Source: Gammaproteobacteria bacterium (GTDB lineage Bacteria; Pseudomonadota; Gammaproteobacteria; Burkholderiales; Burkholderiaceae_C). From it: DNA of 64,000 nt. Position numbers and translations under genes: made by a program. The notes under the pieces are model-generated. The model was not told the origin of the DNA. It searched no databases and was given only the letters and a program-made list of their open reading frames with translations. Of the stretch, positions 57,995 to 64,000 are shown one piece after another. The stretch spans positions 139,704-203,703 of the forward strand of contig JAHIYE010000013.1 of assembly GCA_018815325.1 (NCBI GenBank). The letters are read 5' to 3'. Every line of letters begins with the position of its first letter. The first letter of the stretch is position 1.

Positions 57995-59449
57995 TCAAGA
58001 CCTTGGGTATGGAGCTGCACCGGGCACCAGCCAGACCATCTCCAGCGTCTCAAGCTTCTGGCTCTGGCTGGCGGCATGGCTGATGTGGATGCAGGGCTTG
58101 CCCATGAGCCGCCCCACGATTTCGCTCAACCTCAAGCAACCTTCGTGTCCTGTCTCTTGTCGACCAGCACGCAGGCTGGTGACCATCATTAGTTTGGAGG
58201 TCATCTCTCCTTCAGCCTCTGGGCCCACAACCCAGAAACTCTCAACCCCCTCCTCCTGCACGGCCTGACGCAGCTCAGCACTGCTCTCCAGCTTGCTGAT
58301 GAGGGTTTTCATGTTGAGCCTGCGGTGGCGCTCGATCGTCACGTGGTTGCCCAGATAGGCCGCTGTTATTGACCGCCGTGCGTGGCCCAGCACCTGGCTG
58401 ACCTGGCGCTGCGCGGCATGGTCCAGATCCCGGGATACCTTCTCCCCGCCATTGACGGGGCTTTCTGTCCCAGTGGCCTTTTTGTAGACCTCATTCGCAA
58501 AGGTGTGGCGCAGGCTGTGTGAGGTCACGCCCAGATCCTTCTGGGTGAATCCAATTTTTTTGCACAGGTTGTAGTACCGCCAAACCGACTTTTGCAGCTT
58601 CCTCTTGGGATCGTCCGTCAGGATTCCCTGCACGTTGCCCGCGGCGTACGCTTTTGCTTCCTCGAGCAGCTGCCTTTGTTTCTCGGTCTCAATCGGAACC
58701 ATCCGGGCCTTGCCGCCCTTCGTGCCGTCCAGAACAAACAGGTCGTTACCCCTGTCTGAGGCAAAGGGCTTGAACATCACTGTCTCCATGACCCTCAGCC
58801 CAAAGTGAAGCTGCAACCTCAACTGCAACCCGGTCACCAGGCATTCCTTGTCCATTTCCTGAAAAAGAAGCTCGGGGTCGATCTGGCGCGCAGTAATGGT
58901 CTTTGGCGTCAGGGCGCTATACGTGCGCTTGGCTCTACTGGGGTCCAGCAGAAGCTCTGGCAGCGGGGGGCACAGGTCCGGCTTGCCTATCCAGTTTCCA
59001 AAGCGCCGCAAGACCGTGTTCTTGTTGGCCATGGCGCTGGAACTCTGCCCCTCCTCTTCCCACTTCCTGGTCACCTTCAATACATGCTTGCGACTGAGTT
59101 CGCTCAGACCCCTCAGCTTGATGTTCATCTCTGCCAAATCCTTGATAGTGACTTTGAGCCGCTTGACGTACTGTCTCTGCGTCTCAAGCCCAGCTTTTCT
59201 CTTGATACCGGTAGCCGCTGGAACCTTGAACCGATCGAAGAACTCCTCCAGCTGCCTCAGGGGGTTGCCGGCATAGTCACTCTCCAGCCGCGTCAGCAAG
59301 GCTTTGCCCATCCCGGTTTCCTTGTCGCGCTTCTGGTTGCCGTTCCTCTGTCTGCCAACGCTATCCTGCACGGGCAGGTATGCCTCCAGCATGTCCAACT
59401 GGTTCGGATTGGTTTCACTTTCAATGGCGCTGACGGGTGTACGGGTCAT
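57995..59449 (-). CDS. Tyrosine recombinase / integrase-domain protein (second integrase)
   Basis: 484 aa with HSLRHTFANEVY and LGHARRSITAAYLG in the C-terminal half, plus a long N-terminal domain. It lies 54 bp upstream of the AAA+ gene on the same strand. Confidence 0.8.
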   Translation of the reverse strand: MTRTPVSAIESETNPNQLDMLEAYLPVQDSVGRQRNGNQKRDKETGMGKALLTRLESDYAGNPLRQLEEFFDRFKVPAATGIKRKAGLETQRQYVKRLKVTIKDLAEMNIKLRGLSELSRKHVLKVTRKWEEEGQSSSAMANKNTVLRRFGNWIGKPDLCPPLPELLLDPSRAKRTYSALTPKTITARQIDPELLFQEMDKECLVTGLQLRLQLHFGLRVMETVMFKPFASDRGNDLFVLDGTKGGKARMVPIETEKQRQLLEEAKAYAAGNVQGILTDDPKRKLQKSVWRYYNLCKKIGFTQKDLGVTSHSLRHTFANEVYKKATGTESPVNGGEKVSRDLDHAAQRQVSQVLGHARRSITAAYLGNHVTIERHRRLNMKTLISKLESSAELRQAVQEEGVESFWVVGPEAEGEMTSKLMMVTSLRAGRQETGHEGCLRLSEIVGRLMGKPCIHISHAASQSQKLETLEMVWLVPGAAPYPRS

Positions 59450-60771
59450 TTGTGTCCTTTTTTCCTCTGGATGCTCTGAAAGCAGCAGTTATGGGCGAAA
59501 TGCTTTTCAGCTTCTCAAATCCAAACCAAGGCTTTCACAGCACCCAGTGGGTCTATCTATTTCTCAACTTCTAAAAATCACTTTCAACTTCAACTCAACT
59601 TCAACTTCTCAAACAAGGTCTTGCAGTTCTTGCTTGTGTTCTGGCGGCCTAGCCCCAGTGGCGGGATGTTCGTTAGCACTTTGTCCTGCGGGCTGATGTC
59701 CAATCAGCTGCCACTCACATTTCTGTAAGTCACCAATACCCAGAGACGAGGGTATTGGGGGTTAATCGATCCAGTAGGTGGATCAATCCTGTACCCAAGC
59801 CATAACAGCCTAGGAAATGAAGTTCTGATTCAACCGGCCTGCAAGGCCTTGTTGCTCGTTTCCATCGGGTTTGCGCTGCCTTTACTCACAGTGCACGTGG
59901 CAAGGGAGATGAGGCAGGCTTCCTGGCTTCCAGCTGCTGTGCAGCGGAACCGAAGAATCCGTTGGGCGGTACTCAGAATCAAGTGTCAGTAAACAAAAGG
60001 GGTTACCTCTTGTCCAAGCTCACTTTCAGCCTTTTTGGGTCTGATAAGTGGAGGTGAAGCCTTTGCGGCCTCATAAAGTGCTATGCCTTCCGCTTTTTCA
60101 GCAGTCGGTCTTGCTCTGTACGTCCTAAGAATCAGTGGCTCTCAATGGAGTCAACGTTTTTGGCGCGTACAGGTGCCGTTGGGCTGTTTTCACAGTACCC
60201 GTTTGATGTCATTGCATCAGTGGTGGTTGCCGGTAAAGGCAGGTGCTTCTCAAGTTACCAGTGGTAATTGGAAGCTATGGCTATCTGGCCATCACAGTTG
60301 TTCTGCTTTTAAGCAGGTGAGCCTCATTTGAGAGGCCCTGGGCTTTGAGCCCTTTGGTTTTTGGCTTTCGCCTGACAGTTTGTGTGTAGTAACTGACAAC
60401 CTGAAATGACTTGGTTTTTATTCAGCATCCAGCTGGCTGATCACGCCCGTGAGGGCAGGTGTGACGTGAATATAACCGAAAAGAAAGTCAAAGTGGTAAG
60501 AAAAATTCAAATTTATTCATAGTTGTAAGTTTTACAGTAATTGTCTCCCTGGCTTTCCCCCTAGTAAAACGGGGTTCAGGACTCGTATTCATGCGGCTCC
60601 GGTAGTCTCTCTCCCTGTGTTCGCCGGAGTATGCTTTTTTTTTAGGCAGGTCTATTTTGTTGCTTTAAGAGCATCGGTGATGACAGGGCTGAGGCTCATT
60701 CCACGTCGCTCAATATCCTTTGAGCGCTTTTCACCCATCTATCTGGAGTGGTCTTACAGCATGCAGCAAGG

Positions 60772-60888
60772 GGCTTCGTGGCACGCCGTGCCATTTTGGA
60801 GCCACGCCGTGCCACAAAAGGCTTTATGTAGAGGGGTTGGCGGAGGCTTCGTGGCACGCCGTGCCATTTTGGAGCCACGCCGTGCCAC
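60772..60888. repeat. parC-like centromere: two perfect 44-bp direct repeats, each with two 12-bp boxes
   Basis: ggcttcgtggcacgccgtgccattttggagccacgccgtgccac occurs at 60772-60815 and 60845-60888. The box cacgccgtgcca occurs at 60782, 60803, 60855 and 60876, and tggcacgccgtgcca is itself a dyad. The region lies 110-230 bp upstream of the ParM-like gene. Confidence 0.7.
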
Positions 60889-61000
60889 TTTTTGCAGTCA
60901 TTCTCTTTCTAATGCCCGTTTTTTGGGCTGTTAGAAAAGACGTTTTGGCCATGCGCTGGTGAAAATTGACTCACTCAATATTTTTTACTGGAGAGTCAAT

Positions 61001-62065
61001 ATGAAAGCAACCGCACAAGCCGTCACCCTTCCCGCAACCGCCATCGATGTCGGGTTCTTCTCGACCAAGCAAACTCTCGGGCGGCAGGCCAACAAAGACT
61101 CGAGCGAGATCCTGGTAGCCCAGTTCCCCTCAATTGCACCTCGCATTACTGGTGGGTTGCAGTCTTTTTCACTTGGGGCGGAACATGAAGGTGTCTTGCT
61201 TGAAGTGGAGCCTGGCGTGCACCACTACGTCGGCAAGGATGTTCTGAACACCAGCAACAGTTTCGGCACCCGTGCGGTCGTCAGCAATTTCTCTGAGAGT
61301 GCTTCATATAAGGCGCTCTTTCTGGGTGCCCTCTTCTATTTGGCGCGTCACCAAAAAGTTGGCTCAACTCTCATCATCAAGATGCTGGCAGTCGGCTTGC
61401 CAATGAGCACCATTTTTTCGCACAGCAAGTCCTTGCAAATGCTGGTCACTGGCGAACACACGATTCCGCATCCCAGCAATCCTGGCAGCTTCATTCAGGT
61501 GGTGGTTCAGAATGCCATGGTTGTCGCCCAGCCCCAAGGGGCCTTGATAAATCATGGTGTGAGCAAGTACGGCAAGCCCAGCGATATGAATTCGCTTGTT
61601 CTGGACATGGGCGGCGGCACCTTTGACTGGTTCGTCTCAAAGGGGATCTTCCCGAACAAGCTTCGGTGCGGAGCCGCGCCGATTGGTGCGCTGGCCTGTG
61701 CGACAGCTGTATGTTCGCAAATCCACCCGGAACTGCAAAACGACCATGAAATCATGGCGCGTGTGGATGCCGCACTCAGCAGCGGTGCTGAAACGGTCCG
61801 GATCACGGGCCGTGACTACAGGATGGCGGACTACTGGCCAGCCGTGCGCGGCGTCTTGCAGGATGCGGTCGAGCAGATGCAGAAGTCGGTAGGGTTGCTG
61901 CGCAACATTGACACGATCCTGCTGACTGGCGGGGGATCAAGAATGCTGTCCAAGGTTATCGGCAAGATGCTCCCAGATTTTGCACACATGATTGAGATGG
62001 ATGAGGAACCAGTCTTTTCAAATGTCAGGGGCTTTCATGTGATTGCCGAACGCCAAGCTGTCTGA
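61001..62065 (+). CDS. parM: ParM/StbA-family actin-like segregation ATPase
   Basis: 354 aa with actin-fold phosphate motifs (IDVGFFSTK, VLDMGGGTFDW, LLTGGGS). A GGAGAG lies upstream of the ATG at 61001. Confidence 0.75.
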   Translation: MKATAQAVTLPATAIDVGFFSTKQTLGRQANKDSSEILVAQFPSIAPRITGGLQSFSLGAEHEGVLLEVEPGVHHYVGKDVLNTSNSFGTRAVVSNFSESASYKALFLGALFYLARHQKVGSTLIIKMLAVGLPMSTIFSHSKSLQMLVTGEHTIPHPSNPGSFIQVVVQNAMVVAQPQGALINHGVSKYGKPSDMNSLVLDMGGGTFDWFVSKGIFPNKLRCGAAPIGALACATAVCSQIHPELQNDHEIMARVDAALSSGAETVRITGRDYRMADYWPAVRGVLQDAVEQMQKSVGLLRNIDTILLTGGGSRMLSKVIGKMLPDFAHMIEMDEEPVFSNVRGFHVIAERQAV

Positions 62066-62078
62066 TTGGGAGGATGTC

Positions 62079-62402
62079 ATGAGCAAAGACTCAAAAATTG
62101 GCAATCTCAAGGTACGAGTGCAACTCAATTTCAGCGAAATTCTGCACCCCGACGCTATTTCTATGCTCAGCAAGATGGGCCGGAAGGAGCAGGCTGAAGC
62201 AATCGCGGCCTTAGCCCAGCGGGGGGCAGAAACCTTTGGACATACCAAGCCGGTGACCAAAGCGACTCAAAGTGATGATGCGCATCTCCCTGGCGAGTCA
62301 ACCAGCAGCGCGAAGCGTACAAATGAGAAGCGGACAGGCTCCTCGAAACCGGCAGGTGAGCATGCATTCGAGCTCCCTGCAGGGGCGTTCGATTACTCGT
62401 AG
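62079..62402 (+). CDS. Small ParR-like adaptor candidate
   Basis: 107 aa immediately after parM, with a GGGAGGA ribosome-binding site. A short N-terminal beta-strand-like segment (LKVRVQLNF) and a charged tail are present. The assignment rests on position only. Confidence 0.45.
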   Translation: MSKDSKIGNLKVRVQLNFSEILHPDAISMLSKMGRKEQAEAIAALAQRGAETFGHTKPVTKATQSDDAHLPGESTSSAKRTNEKRTGSSKPAGEHAFELPAGAFDYS

Positions 62403-62532
62403 CAGGCATGCCTGTAAATAGCTGCCCCAAGGGGTCTTGACAAACATCTAAACTGTGAGAAATTGGTTGTGCAAATTAAAAACTCTCTATGTTTAAAAGA
62501 GCGAATGCACTGACAAAAGGTGCTTCGAATTA

Positions 62533-62898
62533 ATGAAAATGGAAAAACTCGATACTCGTTCTTCTTTCCGCCTCTGTGCGGTAGACCTCAACCCTCATAT
62601 GGGTCTGGAGCCTGTGGCTGCTGCCAAAGCGGCTTCCTGGGTTCTGGAGGAAAAGTCACTGCGCGATGTGCTCATGTCTCTTGTGCGGGACTATCGTTCT
62701 GCCTATAGCGTCGATGACCGAAACGATGATGAACTGGCCGTGGTTTTCCTCGAAGAAATGGGTTTTGGCGGAACCGCCAAGCCTGCCTCTGTCTTCGGGT
62801 TCGCCAAGTTCATGGTGTCTTTCACTGCACGCAGTCTTGGGATGGCCATGCGACTGCAAGCCGCCCTGCGCAGCAGATGTCGATCTGTCGCAGCATGA
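62533..62898 (+). CDS. Hypothetical protein
   Basis: 121 aa ORF with no recognised motif. Confidence 0.4.
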   Translation: MKMEKLDTRSSFRLCAVDLNPHMGLEPVAAAKAASWVLEEKSLRDVLMSLVRDYRSAYSVDDRNDDELAVVFLEEMGFGGTAKPASVFGFAKFMVSFTARSLGMAMRLQAALRSRCRSVAA

Positions 62899-63425
62899 GT
62901 TTGGCTATAGGATGCATCATTTCATTTACCATCATTACATCGGGTGGAGTAGGCCTTGCAATCTTTGCAATTTGGTGTCGTCAGAAAAATTCACCGAATG
63001 TGAATCAGCAAGTCTATGCACCTGACGATGCTCCTCTGACGCCAACTCAAATAGAAGCACTTCGTCAAGATTCTTCAAAACACTTGCCCATTGGAAAAGC
63101 CCTTTACAAGGAAGATTTCTTGAAATTAGATTCAGCATCTCGAAACTACCCACTGACTGAGCAAGGAAGCAAGAATGTGTACGTAGATCTAGGATATGAA
63201 GACCCGGAAAAAATGCAGCGCAAGGCCACGCTAGCAGCCACGATTGTTCAACACATCGCTTCACGTAACTTGACTAGCGAGGCAGCTGCGAAACTACTTA
63301 ATGTAGAGCAAGCCACCTTAGTGGCAATCACGCGTGGTCAGTTTCGGACCATCAGCGAATCACTGTTGACTGGAATGGCTGTCGAACTTAGTCAAGCTGA
63401 CATTTCGTATAAAAGGTCAATTTAA
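62877..63425 (+). CDS. XRE-type HTH protein (HigA-like C-terminal half)
   Basis: The C-terminal 100 aa read NVYVDLGYEDPEKMQRKATLAATIVQHIASRNLTSEAAAKLLNVEQATLVAITRGQF, typical of HTH antitoxins. The ORF as drawn adds a TM helix. An in-frame TTG at 63120 preceded by AAGGAAG would give a standard 101-aa protein. Confidence 0.55.
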   Translation: MSICRSMSLAIGCIISFTIITSGGVGLAIFAIWCRQKNSPNVNQQVYAPDDAPLTPTQIEALRQDSSKHLPIGKALYKEDFLKLDSASRNYPLTEQGSKNVYVDLGYEDPEKMQRKATLAATIVQHIASRNLTSEAAAKLLNVEQATLVAITRGQFRTISESLLTGMAVELSQADISYKRSI

Positions 63426-63510
63426 TGCATATTCAAATTGGATTTCTCCCGGTCCGCTATGGGATCGAACTGTCTACCTAACCTCGGGAAAATTCACAGT
63501 CTGAAAATCA

Positions 63511-63810
63511 ATGGCACTGACAAGAGATTTTAAAGAAACTGTCGTTCAGCGCGCGCAAAGCGACGATTCTTTTGCGCAGGCTTTGCTGGATGAGGCCGCA
63601 ACTCTGTTCCTCAAAGGTGAGTCCGAGACTGTCGGACTTGTCCTGTGTGACCTGGTCTACGCCTCCATCAGCTTTGAGCAGCTCGCTACACTGATCGCCA
63701 AGCCCAGCAAGAGCTTGCAACGTATGTTGTCAACCAATGGAAATCCCAGTATGGACAACCTGACTGCCAACCCCTCGCAGAAAGACGCCGAGAATTCTTC
63801 CACCAATTAA
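63511..63810 (+). CDS. Addiction-module antidote-type DNA-binding protein (HigA family), possibly C-terminally altered
   Basis: MALTRDFKETVVQRAQSDDSFAQALLDEA...KPSKSLQRMLSTNGNPSMDNL matches the conserved antidote family. No cognate killer gene lies upstream. Confidence 0.65.
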   Translation: MALTRDFKETVVQRAQSDDSFAQALLDEAATLFLKGESETVGLVLCDLVYASISFEQLATLIAKPSKSLQRMLSTNGNPSMDNLTANPSQKDAENSSTN

Positions 63811-64000
63811 ATGGAAGATGAATGTCAGTATTGTGGAAAATTCTGAGCAACTGGTTCTTGCCCGAGAGCTGCCTGACACGACAGTCTCAAGCGTACCCAA
63901 AGCGGTTGTATCCCAGAGGTAAATTCAGTGACTCATCGGATCTCACAAACTTGATTCCTTCCCGTTGATTGGAAGAAAAGGTAGTAATGAGCACCTCTCA

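Noticed and set aside
60772-60888. A CRISPR-like repeat array
   Set aside because: There are only two repeat units, with internal dyad boxes, a 29-bp spacer and no cas genes. The position upstream of a ParM-like gene fits a partition centromere instead.
59450-60960. A retron or group II intron in the structured non-coding region
   Set aside because: No reverse transcriptase ORF lies in or next to the region, and no recognisable intron domain V/VI motif was seen by eye.
60083-60962. ORFs of 82, 105, 80 and 60 aa in the ORF-free region
   Set aside because: They are Trp/Cys-rich with improbable composition. Those at 60617-60962 simply translate the 44-bp direct repeats (repeated ASWHAVPFWSHAVP), so they are repeat artefacts.

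Overview
The window opens at the edge of a tRNA-targeting genomic island, probably in a Burkholderiales-like proteobacterium (inferred from gene content only). A 3' tRNA half with its own terminator (26-128) is followed by a P4-like tyrosine integrase (236-1414). Next is an IS3-family element whose orfB is split by a nested IS30-family element (1491-4302).

Nearly all cargo from 4.3 to 37.7 kb is on the minus strand in tightly packed, often start/stop-overlapping operons:
- a phosphoketolase / beta-CASP MBL hydrolase / AMP(thymidine)-phosphorylase-like / PRPP-synthetase-like operon
- a MerR regulator with an HMA protein
- a porin with two cytochromes c
- NhaA and an MFS transporter
- a DUF3141-like / ackA / pta / fabI operon
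- a Cu(I) P-type ATPase followed by about 9 small, poorly characterised genes, including an orphan Rieske protein
- a second MerR regulator, an APC permease and a LemA/M48 pair

From 38.3 to 44.3 kb lie a heavy-metal two-component system, a CopK-like protein and ArnT/ArnC-like glycosyltransferases. After an IS3-type transposase remnant comes a visibly GC-richer block (about 45.0-55.4 kb). It carries a cupredoxin, copB, copA, copRS, a methyltransferase and an ATP-grasp-like / AsnO-like pair.

The last 8 kb looks like a second mobile module. It has a second tyrosine recombinase in an apparent operon with a membrane-anchored tandem AAA+ ATPase, a 1.5 kb ORF-free structured region, a parMRC-like partition locus and small HTH genes. 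No rRNA, intact tRNA or CRISPR array was seen.

Best candidates for an undescribed system, all from sequence reading and motif memory without database searches:
1. the nucleotide-ribose to acetyl-phosphate operon (6.5-13.8 kb), taken together with the ackA/pta operon
2. the integrase-linked membrane AAA+ ATPase
3. the non-canonical ATP-grasp/AsnO pair
4. the uncharacterised tail of the Cu-ATPase operon
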